DNA of 64,000 nucleotides from contig OZ242195.1 in assembly GCA_965205975.1 (NCBI GenBank), positions 5,280,001 to 5,344,000 on the forward strand, read 5' to 3'. This DNA comes from Candidatus Latescibacterota bacterium (GTDB taxonomy: Bacteria; Latescibacterota; UBA2968). Under the pieces are notes generated by a model. It saw only the letters and a program-made list of their open reading frames with translations. It made no database searches and was not told the DNA's origin. Positions 41,183-50,499 of this stretch are shown here, piece by piece (within the stretch, counting starts at the first letter, position 1; each line of letters opens with the position of its first letter). The translations under genes were made by a program, and so were the position numbers.

Positions 41183-41485
41183 TTATTCCTCAGATGGGGC
41201 TTCTGACTCAGCATCCTCAGGTTGTGCGTCTTCATCGCGATTTTGTTTGAGCAGACCCTTTTGGCGAAATAAACTGCGCACTGTATCGGAGGGCTGTGCG
41301 CCTACGCCCAACCAATACTTTATGCGGTCTTCTTTCAATTCGATAATCTGGGGATCTTTTGTCGGATTATAATGCCCCAAAATCTCGATGAATCGACCGT
41401 CGCGCGGTGAGGTGGCATCGGCCGCTACCACGCGGTAGAACGGTGCTTTTTTTGCGCCCATACGACGTAAGCGAAGTCGAACCAA
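41183..41485 (-). CDS. rpsP: 30S ribosomal protein S16
   Basis: [37 protein letters not shown] start at 41485 after AAAGGAG. Confidence 0.97.
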   Translation of the reverse strand: MVRLRLRRMGAKKAPFYRVVAADATSPRDGRFIEILGHYNPTKDPQIIELKEDRIKYWLGVGAQPSDTVRSLFRQKGLLKQNRDEDAQPEDAESEAPSEE

Positions 41486-41501
41486 ATCAAACTCCTTTGT
41501 G

Positions 41502-42827
41502 TTATCCAAACATCGGGATTGCCATTTTGCCCTGTTTTTCCATACGGGACATGCGTTTCATCATTTTTTGCATCATGTTGAATTGCTTGAGCAATTTGTT
41601 GACATCTTGAATACTGCGTCCGCTGCCATTTGCTATGCGTTTGCGCCTGCTGCCATTAATAATATGCGGTTTGTCGCGTTCTGCTGGTGTCATTGAATAG
41701 ATGATTGCTTCTATATGCGAGAAGGTCTTTTCATCTACCTGCAAATCCGGCATGGACTTGCTTACTCCGGGAATCATTTTCATCAATTGATCTAAGGGTC
41801 CCATTTGCCTGATTTGCGCCATTTGTTCGAGAAAATCGTCAAATGTAAACGATGCCGAGCGGAGTTTTTGCTCGACTTTTTTGGCCTGTTCATCGTCAAT
41901 GGTCGCCTGTGCTTTTTCCACCAGTGTAACCACATCGCCCATGCCCAATATGCGAGAGGCCATGCGGTCGGGATGAAATACTTCCAGACCATCTATTTTC
42001 TCGCTGACGCCGATGTATTTAATTGGAACGCCCGCAACCTCGCGGATGGATAAAGCCGCGCCGCCGCGGGTATCGCTGTCCATGCGCGTGAGTATCACAC
42101 CCGAAAAATTGAGTTTTTCGTAAAAGGTCGAGGCCGATGATACGGCATCTTGCCCGGTCATGGCGTCGCACACGAACAGAATTTCTGAGGGTGATACGGC
42201 CTCGCGGATGCGAAATACCTCATCCATGCGTTCGTCATCGACGTGTAGCCGCCCCGCTGTATCGAGTATCACGACATCGAGATTTTCAGTTTGCGCCCGA
42301 TCCATCGCTTGCGTGCAAATATCGACCGGATCGGTACCCTCTGGCGCCCGATGCACGGGTGCGCCTACTTGCTCGCCGAGTACGCAAAGCTGATCAATTG
42401 CCGCGGGACGATAAATATCAGCCGCCACGAGCAGGGATTTTTTGTTTTCTGATGCCAATAATCGGGCCAATTTTGCAGCGGCTGTCGTTTTACCCGCTCC
42501 TTGAAGCCCGACCATCATTATTGCTGAGGGCGGCGATTCTGCAAATTGCAACGCGGAATTTTGATTGCCCATCAACGCGATTAATTCGTCGTGGACAACT
42601 TTTACCACTTGCTGCCCGGGCGTGATGCTTTTGAGCACTTCACGCCCTATGGCGCGTTCTTTGACCCGCGCGATAAACGAGCGGGCGACCTTGTAGTTGA
42701 CATCTGCCTCGAGCAATGCCCGGCGCACCTCTCGCATGGCGTCGTCGATGTTCGACTCGCTCAATCGACCGCGGCTGCGAAGTTGCTTAAAAACGCCATT
42801 GAGGCGCTCTGTCAACATTTCAAACAT
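41502..42827 (-). CDS. ffh: Signal recognition particle protein
   Basis: [46 protein letters not shown]. Confidence 0.98.
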   Translation of the reverse strand: MFEMLTERLNGVFKQLRSRGRLSESNIDDAMREVRRALLEADVNYKVARSFIARVKERAIGREVLKSITPGQQVVKVVHDELIALMGNQNSALQFAESPPSAIMMVGLQGAGKTTAAAKLARLLASENKKSLLVAADIYRPAAIDQLCVLGEQVGAPVHRAPEGTDPVDICTQAMDRAQTENLDVVILDTAGRLHVDDERMDEVFRIREAVSPSEILFVCDAMTGQDAVSSASTFYEKLNFSGVILTRMDSDTRGGAALSIREVAGVPIKYIGVSEKIDGLEVFHPDRMASRILGMGDVVTLVEKAQATIDDEQAKKVEQKLRSASFTFDDFLEQMAQIRQMGPLDQLMKMIPGVSKSMPDLQVDEKTFSHIEAIIYSMTPAERDKPHIINGSRRKRIANGSGRSIQDVNKLLKQFNMMQKMMKRMSRMEKQGKMAIPMFG

Positions 42828-42863
42828 AAATAAACCTTAAAAAATAACGGGGCAAGACAGAGA

Positions 42864-42892
42864 AATATAGAAGATTCGTCAATTTTATGCAA
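42864..42892 (-). promoter_or_regulatory. Sigma70-type promoter for the ffh operon
   Basis: Minus strand TTGCAT-17 bp-TATATT. Confidence 0.55.
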
Positions 42893-42954
42893 GAAATAAG
42901 CTGTTAAGCGAATCTACGGAACGGGGTACAACTGGCCGCCTCTCAGGCCAGTTC

Positions 42955-43078
42955 ATCAGCGAATCTACGAATCCCGCCCATCCCCCCCAAAATCAGTATG
43001 TATTGCCATTCGTCTATTCGTCTATTCGTCTATTCGTCCATTCGTCTATTCGTCTATTCGTCTATTCGTCTATTCGTC
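42955..43078 (-). repeat. Composite repeat: (GACGAATA) x~9 + ~40-bp linker + TTCGTAGA units
   Basis: Overlaps the rpe stop; homologous to 50369-50483. Confidence 0.88.
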
Positions 43079-43727
43079 CTGCCGCCTGGCGAATGGCCTG
43101 TACGTTTTTTGCAATAGCCCCGTCGCGAAATACTGCCGAACCCGCTACGAGTACCTGCACGCCGGCTTCGACCACCCGATGTGCGTTTTCCACGCCAATG
43201 CCACCGTCTATTTCTATTTCTACATCTAATTTCTGACGCGCAATTTCGGCTTTTAATGCCCGCACCCGATCGAGAGACGCTGGCATAAACGACTGGCCGC
43301 CAAAGCCCGGTTCGACCGACATAATGAGTGCGAGGTCCAATCTGGATAGCAGCGGGAATAACGCCTCGATCTCCGTGCCCGGGCGCAGGGTAGCACCGGC
43401 TTTCATATTGGCTTTTCGGATGCGGTCCAACAGTGTGGGTACATCTTCTTTGACTTCGACATGAACGGTCAAAATATCTGTGCCAGCATCGGCAAAATCT
43501 TTCAGGTATTTACCGGGTTCAGAGATCATGAGATGCACGTCCAGCACCAGGTCTGTTGTTTTGCGAATGGCTTCAACGACCAGCGCACCAAATGTGATAT
43601 TGGGCACAAAATGTCCGTCCATAATATCCAGATGGATATATTCGGCACCGGCCTCTTCGACCAGACGCACCTGATTTTCGAGCGTGCGGAAATCGGCAGA
43701 GAGAAATGATGGGGCGATTTTTACCAT
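43062..43727 (-). CDS. rpe: Ribulose-phosphate 3-epimerase
   Basis: APSFLSADF, HLDIMDGHFVPNITFG, MSVEPGFGGQ, IDGG. Confidence 0.97.
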   Translation of the reverse strand: MVKIAPSFLSADFRTLENQVRLVEEAGAEYIHLDIMDGHFVPNITFGALVVEAIRKTTDLVLDVHLMISEPGKYLKDFADAGTDILTVHVEVKEDVPTLLDRIRKANMKAGATLRPGTEIEALFPLLSRLDLALIMSVEPGFGGQSFMPASLDRVRALKAEIARQKLDVEIEIDGGIGVENAHRVVEAGVQVLVAGSAVFRDGAIAKNVQAIRQAAGRIDE

Positions 43728-43749
43728 TTTAACCTCAAATAAAACTTTT

Positions 43750-44490
43750 TTACAGTTTACTCACAATCAATAGCACAGGAGATCCGCGTTTTATTGGCGT
43801 GTCCGATTTTGGCTCCTGGCGGATTACGACGTCGGGTTCATAAGCGGTGCTAAATTCGTATCGGATATTATTTGGCTGCAGACCGAGCGATAATAACAAA
43901 CGCCGGGCTTCGTCTAATTTTAGCTCGGTAACCCGGGGCATATTGACATAAGCGCGAGGTGGACCCGTGCTTACAATCAGTTCGACCTGCGTCCCCTGGG
44001 CAACTTTCTCGCCAGTTTTGGGTTTTTGATCGATAATATTGCCCTCTTTTATTTCTGAAGATGATATTTCGATGACTTTACCGACGGTCAAATCTGCCTG
44101 TGCAATCCACAACTGAGCCTGTCGCAAAGGGCGGTTGAGAAGATCGGGTACGGCGTGGAGACGCTGTCCCAAACTCGGCGCGACATAGACCGTGCGATTG
44201 GGTTTTACGTGCGATAGAGCAGACGGATTTTGCCATACAATTTGTCCTGCAGGCACAGAAGTATCCCAGCGAGGTTCTCGTTCTTTCATGCGTAGGCCCT
44301 TGTCTTGCAATCGCGCCTGTGCCTGTGAAGGAGTAAGCCCGATGAGATCGGGAACAGAGACTTCTACGCCTTGCCGCACATAGATCGGCATTGCAATTTG
44401 ATCGACCACAATCAATCCGATTATTGCCGTAAATATGGCACATGCTCCAAAAAGGGCGATTTCGCGCAGAATTTTCGAGGCCAAATTCAT
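43750..44490 (-). CDS. Membrane-anchored PASTA-domain protein
   Basis: N-terminal TM plus three VPDL/MP..Q.P repeats; ATG 44490. Confidence 0.88.
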   Translation of the reverse strand: MNLASKILREIALFGACAIFTAIIGLIVVDQIAMPIYVRQGVEVSVPDLIGLTPSQAQARLQDKGLRMKEREPRWDTSVPAGQIVWQNPSALSHVKPNRTVYVAPSLGQRLHAVPDLLNRPLRQAQLWIAQADLTVGKVIEISSSEIKEGNIIDQKPKTGEKVAQGTQVELIVSTGPPRAYVNMPRVTELKLDEARRLLLSLGLQPNNIRYEFSTAYEPDVVIRQEPKSDTPIKRGSPVLLIVSKL

Positions 44491-44548
44491 GATCCCAAAA
44501 TAGCCGAAGGCCCAAATCCTGTCAAGCGCGGATACCTTAGAATAGGGG

Positions 44549-45358
44549 TTAATACTCAAAGATTACCGAAGCGCGGTGCGTGATTCCCAGTATTGTATGC
44601 CATACTGCAGCATAGTCAATCGCAAAGCCGCTTTTTCGCAGGCCAAAGCCCGCGCTCAATCGTTCCGGCCGGCCGCCTGCACCCGTGCGCAGTACCAGTT
44701 GGGGATGGATATGATATATTATCCCTATGCCCGCACCTGTGGGGAAAGTCGCTTCTTTCTGTATATCTGCCACCAGCGCGACCTGTGGCATGATGGCAAT
44801 ACCCATTCCCACGGTACCACTCTGTCCCAAAAGCGATGTGTGACTGCCACCTGCATTCCATATTGCTGCGCCGAGAAAGACGCCTTCGCGTATCTGCAAT
44901 TTTATTCCCGCGTCGAATACTACCCAGTGTTGTGTGGGCATTCCCGCTGTGCTCAGTTGCAAGGCGCGTATGCCGAACCCCAGGCCCAGTTGTTGAAATA
45001 CGCGCAGTCCATAAATGAGACCCAATACCTGTTCTTTGTATAGCGCGAATCCAAATCCCGTATATCTCATGCCCAGGCCATGGTGCCCAATCCGCAGGCC
45101 AGCGCTGAACGCCTGGGTTGCCAGTTCGGCTATTCCAAAGGGCCGATCATACATGCCAAATAAGCTTATTCGCTTGCCCCAGACCAGTGCTGCGGGATTC
45201 CAAAAAGCACCTGCGGCACCAGTAGCCAGTGCCACGCCTGCATCGCCAGTAGCGGAGGTATGGGCTCCAATGGGTTGAAATTCAAAGGCTGTGTGAGCAG
45301 ATGAAGGGAGGAGTGTGAAAAGTAAAACAAGGATAATCTGACGATATTTTGTTCGCAT
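44549..45358 (-). CDS. Outer-membrane beta-barrel, PorV/PorQ-like
   Basis: Signal peptide, GA..ATG.AGVA, FWNPAAL, IDYA, aromatic C-terminus; ATG 45358. Confidence 0.65.
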   Translation of the reverse strand: MRTKYRQIILVLLFTLLPSSAHTAFEFQPIGAHTSATGDAGVALATGAAGAFWNPAALVWGKRISLFGMYDRPFGIAELATQAFSAGLRIGHHGLGMRYTGFGFALYKEQVLGLIYGLRVFQQLGLGFGIRALQLSTAGMPTQHWVVFDAGIKLQIREGVFLGAAIWNAGGSHTSLLGQSGTVGMGIAIMPQVALVADIQKEATFPTGAGIGIIYHIHPQLVLRTGAGGRPERLSAGFGLRKSGFAIDYAAVWHTILGITHRASVIFEY

Positions 45359-45700
45359 AAGCGGACTGAGAAACAGTTGATCTGGCATGTGAGACCACGT
45401 ATGAAATGGGTTAGAGGATGCGTGTTGTCGCAATTTATCTGCAAATACCCTGCCAGACTGATGATTTTACCCATTTTCTTTTTAACTCGTTGATATTACA
45501 CGCCAAAATCTGTCTTATTGCCAGTCAGGGCGAGCGGGTACCTGTCGGCGGATATGCGACAGAGTATTTCAATCTGTCGCTTGTTATTAGACAAGAAACT
45601 TTTTCAATTGCCTGCGTTGATCGCAGTTGCTTTATGGAGAAAAAGAACCGATATTTTATTTGGCTGATTTCTACAAATCTTCACTGGAGGAGAGAAAGCT

Positions 45701-46438
45701 ATGGCTTATTTTACCGATGAAGAAAAATTGCATTTCAAAGAACAGGGGTATGTTGTCAAACGCGATGTGGTGCCGATGCACTTGATCGATAAGGCGGTGG
45801 ATGCGTTGTGGGAGGAGATCGAGGCAGATCGCGATGATCCCGAGACGTGGATCAACGCGGGTCCGAAGGGAAATTTGAAATGCAGCAACCATCCCGATGT
45901 GCGGGCGACGTTGACGGAAACACCGATTCAGGATATGTGCGAAGAGATGGTGGGTAAAGGGACCCTGGCTGTGTCGAATTACACGTTTGCCAAGATGATT
46001 TATCCCGAGGGGCACGACAATTGGACGCCGGCCAGGCATATGCATCTGGATGGCTATACGTGTGAAGGCGTGGTGGATACTTTTGCGATTGCGGTGACGG
46101 TGAATATCAATCACGTTAAGCCGCGCTCGGGTGGGTTTACAATATGGCCCGGTGCGCACAAGCGGGCTTATGAGTATTTTAAGACGCACAGTCTGGTGAA
46201 TGGGTTAGATGCATTTCGCAATGAGCAGGGGGAGTATTACGACCTTCCCACGCCAGTTGATGTTACAGGACCGCCGGGTACGGTGACGTTCTGGCATCAT
46301 CTGATGTTGCACAGCCCCGGGGTAAATTGTGGGCGGGATATTCGCATGGCATTTGTGAGTCGCTTTCGGCGGCGGGATAATAACGATATGCGCTTTGAGA
46401 CGCCGGATGATATGTGGGCGTATTGGGATGGATTATAA
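45701..46438 (+). CDS. Phytanoyl-CoA dioxygenase (PhyH) family Fe(II)/2OG oxygenase
   Basis: FKEQGY, HLD, WPGAH, PGTVTFWH..LH, R. Confidence 0.88.
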   Translation: MAYFTDEEKLHFKEQGYVVKRDVVPMHLIDKAVDALWEEIEADRDDPETWINAGPKGNLKCSNHPDVRATLTETPIQDMCEEMVGKGTLAVSNYTFAKMIYPEGHDNWTPARHMHLDGYTCEGVVDTFAIAVTVNINHVKPRSGGFTIWPGAHKRAYEYFKTHSLVNGLDAFRNEQGEYYDLPTPVDVTGPPGTVTFWHHLMLHSPGVNCGRDIRMAFVSRFRRRDNNDMRFETPDDMWAYWDGL

Positions 46439-46470
46439 GCCGATTCCGCGTTGAAATACCGAAGGATAGG

Positions 46471-49400
46471 ATGGCGAGTAAAAACGAACAAATAAAAAAA
46501 CACAGATCGCGCAGAAAGCGGCCGAGTCCGATGTCGTCAGTGTGGTCGCTGTTGCCCGCGTGTATGCTCAAAGATGGCATGGAGATTGCGCGGCAGTTGC
46601 GGCAAATACAGCGGCAAAAGCGGCGCGATACGGGGCGGTTGAAGAATCTGAAGGTGCGGGCAGAGCGGTCGGCGGCGTTGCGTAAAGACCGGGGGGAGAA
46701 TCCGCTGTCTGTGACGTATCCAGAGGCGTTGCCGATTTCGGCGCGAAAGGATGAGATTGTCAGGGCGATTCGAGAACATCCGGTGGTGATTGTGGCGGGT
46801 GAGACGGGATCGGGAAAGACGACGCAGTTGCCCAAGATGTGTTTGGAGGCTGGCCGCGGTGTGGCGGCGAAGATTGCGTGTACTCAACCCAGGCGCGTGG
46901 CGGCATTGTCGGTATCGCGGCGCATTGCCGAGGAGTTAAATGTCGCGTGGGGTGCCGAGGTGGGGTGCAAAATTCGGTTTAAGGATGAGACGGCGCCCGA
47001 GACGCGGATCAAGATGATGACGGATGGGATGTTGCTCGCGGAGATTCAGGGTGATCCGAATTTGTATGAGTACGATACGGTTATTATTGATGAAGCGCAC
47101 GAGCGCAGCTTGAATATCGATTTTTTGCTGGGGTATTTGCGTCTGTTGCAAAAGCGCCGCCCCGAGTTGCGGATCGTGATTACATCGGCGACGATTGATA
47201 CGGAGGCGTTTTCAAAGGCGTTTGACGATGCGCCCATTATTGAAGTGTCCGGGCGGATGTATCCGGTGGATGTGCAATACTGGCCTATAGAAGACCTCGC
47301 CGGGGAGACGTATATCGATGCGGCGGTGACCGCAGTGGATATGGTGGTTGATGCGGGGCGAGGCGATGTTCTGGTTTTTATGCCCACGGAGAAGGATATC
47401 CACGAGACGCGCAGGCGTTTGGAGGGGCGACACTTCCGCTTTACAGAAATTTTGCCGCTGTTTGGGCGGTTGACAGCGGGCGATCAACAGAAGGTGTTTC
47501 ACAAGCAGAGATATCGGCGCATTGTGGTGGCGACGAATATTGCGGAGACGTCGATTACGATTCCGGGTATTCGATATGTGATCGATACGGGGCTGGCGCG
47601 AATAAGCCGGCACAATCCGCGCAATCAGACGCATCGGCTACCGGTGGAGGAAGTTTCTCAGAGCAGTGCGAGGCAACGGGCAGGGCGGTGTGGGCGCGTG
47701 CAAAATGGGGTGTGTATTCGTCTGTACGATGAGAAAAGTTTTCTCGCGCGACCAGAATACACGCAGCCCGAGATTCAGCGGTCGGATTTGGCCGAGGTCA
47801 TTTTGCGGATGATTGCGCTGCGGCTGGGCGATGTCGAGACGTTTCCATTTATTGATCCCCCCCGTTCTCAGGCGATTCAGGGGGGATTTAATGTGTTGAG
47901 GGCATTGGACGCGATTGATGATAACAAGCGTCTGACACCGCTGGGGCGCGATATGGCGCGTTTGCCGCTCGCGCCAACGGTATCGCGGATGATTTTGCAA
48001 GCGCAAAAAGAACGCGCTTTGCGCGAGGTGCTGGTTATTGCGTCGGCAATCAGCATCCAGGACCCGCGCGTGCGGCCACTTGAGCAAGAGAAGGCGGCAG
48101 ATCAGGAGCACCGGCGGTTTGTGGATGGAGAATCGGATTTTATCGCTTTGCTGAATATCTGGAAGGCGTATCACGATACGTTTGAGAAATTGAGAACGCA
48201 GAGCCAGATGCGGAGATTTTGCAAGCAGCATTTTCTATCTTTTAATCGCATGCGCGAATGGCGCGATATTTATATGCAGATTCGACACACTCTGCGCGAG
48301 ATGGGCGATTTTCGAATGAATCGGGACGATGCGGGATACGATGCGATTCATCGGTCGGTGGTGAGTGGGTTGTTGGGCAATGTGGCGCAAAAGAAGGAAG
48401 GCAATATGTATCGCGCAGCGCGCGGGCGCGATGTGATGTTGTTTCCCGGGTCTGGTCTGTTTCAACGGAGAGAGGGAAGAGAGGAAGATAAAAAGAGTAC
48501 GCCCGGTTGGGTTGTGGCTGCGGAGGTGGTGGAGACGTCGCGTTTGTTTGCGCGTACTGTAGCTCGCATACAGCCGTCGTGGTTGGTGGAGTTGGGCACG
48601 CATTTGTGCCGGGCATCTTATAAGGAGCCGTTTTACAGTGTGCGGTCGGGGCGGGTGCTGGCGACCGAAACATTGACGCTGCACGGTTTGCAGGTGAGGC
48701 AAAAGCGCGTGGGGTATGGACGAATAGATGCCGGTGCTGCGACGGAGATTTTTATCCGCGAGGCTCTGGTGAGTGATGAGGTGGCGTTGCCATATCCATT
48801 TGTGACGCAGAATCGGGATTTGCGCGCGCGCGTGGAAACCTGGCAGATGCAACAGCGGTTGATGCAATTTCTGGATCTGGACGAGGCTGCGTATCGGTTT
48901 TATGCCGGGCGATTGGAGAATGTGTCTTCTACGCACGATTTGAATCGCTTGATTAAAAGAAAGAGTGCGGATTTTTTGCTGATGTCCGAAAAGCATCTGG
49001 CGGGTGAGCAAGTGGATTTTGATCGGGATGCGTTTCCCAATTTTTTGGAGGTGGATGGCAAAGAGGTGCCGCTTTCTTATGCGTATCGGCCCGGACAGGA
49101 TCGGGATGGCGTGACGTTACAACTGCCGTACAAGCTGGTGCATTTTGTACAGCCCGAGGTGCTGGACTGGCTGGTGCCGGGGTTGTTGGAAGAAAAGATC
49201 ACGCATTTGTTGCGCGGGCTTCCAAAAAGTATTCGCAAGCGGTTTGTTCCCGTGCCGGATAAGGCGCGAGAGATTGCTGCGGCGTTACAGCCGACGCACG
49301 GCGCGTTTTTGGATTCGCTGTCTGCCCATATTTTGAGTCATTATGGTATTGAGATTTCTCAAAGCGATTGGAATGTGCGCGATTTGCCCGACCATTTGCA

Positions 49401-50364
49401 GATGCGCGTGGAAGTTCGAGACGAAAAAGAGAAGGCAATTTTTGCCGCGCGGGATTTGCGCGTGTTGCACGAGCAGTTAGATGCGCGCGAAGAAGATGTG
49501 CAGTCCGATGCGTGGATGCGCGCGCAAAAGCAGGTGGCGCGCCGAGATGTGACGGGGAAGACGATAGGTGAATTGCCCGAGCGCGTGGAGGTGATGCAAG
49601 CCGGTGGGATGCCGGTGTTTGGCTATGTGGGGTTGAAGCGCGAAGGAGATCGCGTGGATGTGTGTTTGTTTAAGCGCGCAGACGAAGCCGAACGCGAGAC
49701 CCAGGCGGGTTGGATGCGGTTGTGCGAGCGTGAAATGCGGGATGAGATGCGGGCGTTGAAGCGGTCTTTGGGCGATTTGGCGCAGTTTGAGGGAGGGCGC
49801 GAGGCTTTGTGCGAGGGCGCGTACGCAAATTTAATGGCGCATCTGTTCACGCGCGACGCGGCGTTTCCCATAACGCGCCAGCGCTTTGAATCGCGCGTTC
49901 AACAGGCGCGGTTGTATTTGCAGCATCTGGCACCGCAATTGATTCAGGCACTGGAATCGCTGTTTGAGACGCACCGAGAAATTCGCCTGTTGCGCAGTGG
50001 ATATCCCGAGATGGAGGCCGATCTCGCGCGTTTGATGCCGACGGATTTTTTGCGACAAACGCCTTATGATCAGGTGTTGCATTTGGGTCGGTTTTTGAGG
50101 GCGATTGTGATACGAGCCGAACGCGCGATGCTCGATCCGATGAAGGACCGACAAAAGGTCGAGCAGGTTCAACCCTTTCAAGACGCGGTGGATGAATTGA
50201 TGGATTCGGAATTGATGGGGGAGAAGCGCGATGCGGTGCAGGCACTGCGGTGGATGGTCGAGGAGTTTCGGGTGTCGGTTTTTGCACAGGAACTCGGTAC
50301 GGCGCAAAAGGTGTCGCCAAAGCGATTGTACGATAAATTGGAGCAGGTGAGAGGGATGGCGTAG
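46471..50364 (+). CDS. hrpA: ATP-dependent RNA helicase HrpA
   Basis: GETGSGKTTQLPK, DEAHERS, SAT, QRAGRCGR, C-terminal EEFRVSVFAQELGT. Confidence 0.96.
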   Translation: MASKNEQIKKHRSRRKRPSPMSSVWSLLPACMLKDGMEIARQLRQIQRQKRRDTGRLKNLKVRAERSAALRKDRGENPLSVTYPEALPISARKDEIVRAIREHPVVIVAGETGSGKTTQLPKMCLEAGRGVAAKIACTQPRRVAALSVSRRIAEELNVAWGAEVGCKIRFKDETAPETRIKMMTDGMLLAEIQGDPNLYEYDTVIIDEAHERSLNIDFLLGYLRLLQKRRPELRIVITSATIDTEAFSKAFDDAPIIEVSGRMYPVDVQYWPIEDLAGETYIDAAVTAVDMVVDAGRGDVLVFMPTEKDIHETRRRLEGRHFRFTEILPLFGRLTAGDQQKVFHKQRYRRIVVATNIAETSITIPGIRYVIDTGLARISRHNPRNQTHRLPVEEVSQSSARQRAGRCGRVQNGVCIRLYDEKSFLARPEYTQPEIQRSDLAEVILRMIALRLGDVETFPFIDPPRSQAIQGGFNVLRALDAIDDNKRLTPLGRDMARLPLAPTVSRMILQAQKERALREVLVIASAISIQDPRVRPLEQEKAADQEHRRFVDGESDFIALLNIWKAYHDTFEKLRTQSQMRRFCKQHFLSFNRMREWRDIYMQIRHTLREMGDFRMNRDDAGYDAIHRSVVSGLLGNVAQKKEGNMYRAARGRDVMLFPGSGLFQRREGREEDKKSTPGWVVAAEVVETSRLFARTVARIQPSWLVELGTHLCRASYKEPFYSVRSGRVLATETLTLHGLQVRQKRVGYGRIDAGAATEIFIREALVSDEVALPYPFVTQNRDLRARVETWQMQQRLMQFLDLDEAAYRFYAGRLENVSSTHDLNRLIKRKSADFLLMSEKHLAGEQVDFDRDAFPNFLEVDGKEVPLSYAYRPGQDRDGVTLQLPYKLVHFVQPEVLDWLVPGLLEEKITHLLRGLPKSIRKRFVPVPDKAREIAAALQPTHGAFLDSLSAHILSHYGIEISQSDWNVRDLPDHLQMRVEVRDEKEKAIFAARDLRVLHEQLDAREEDVQSDAWMRAQKQVARRDVTGKTIGELPERVEVMQAGGMPVFGYVGLKREGDRVDVCLFKRADEAERETQAGWMRLCEREMRDEMRALKRSLGDLAQFEGGREALCEGAYANLMAHLFTRDAAFPITRQRFESRVQQARLYLQHLAPQLIQALESLFETHREIRLLRSGYPEMEADLARLMPTDFLRQTPYDQVLHLGRFLRAIVIRAERAMLDPMKDRQKVEQVQPFQDAVDELMDSELMGEKRDAVQALRWMVEEFRVSVFAQELGTAQKVSPKRLYDKLEQVRGMA

Positions 50365-50368
50365 AAGG

Positions 50369-50483
50369 CGAATAGACGAATAGACGAATAGACGAGAAAA
50401 GCGCGAATAGACGAATAGACGAATGGAAATACATGCTGGTTTTGGGTGGTTGGGCGGGGTTCGTTGATTCGTTGATTCGCTGA
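50369..50483 (+). repeat. Composite repeat: (GACGAATA)n + linker + (TTCGTTGA)n
   Basis: Just after the hrpA stop; homologous to the reverse complement of 42955-43078. Confidence 0.88.
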
Positions 50484-50499
50484 TTTTTAAGGTTTTTTT

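Noticed and set aside
29412..50483. CRISPR array
   Set aside because: The repeats are contiguous 8-10-bp units without unique spacers, and no cas genes are present
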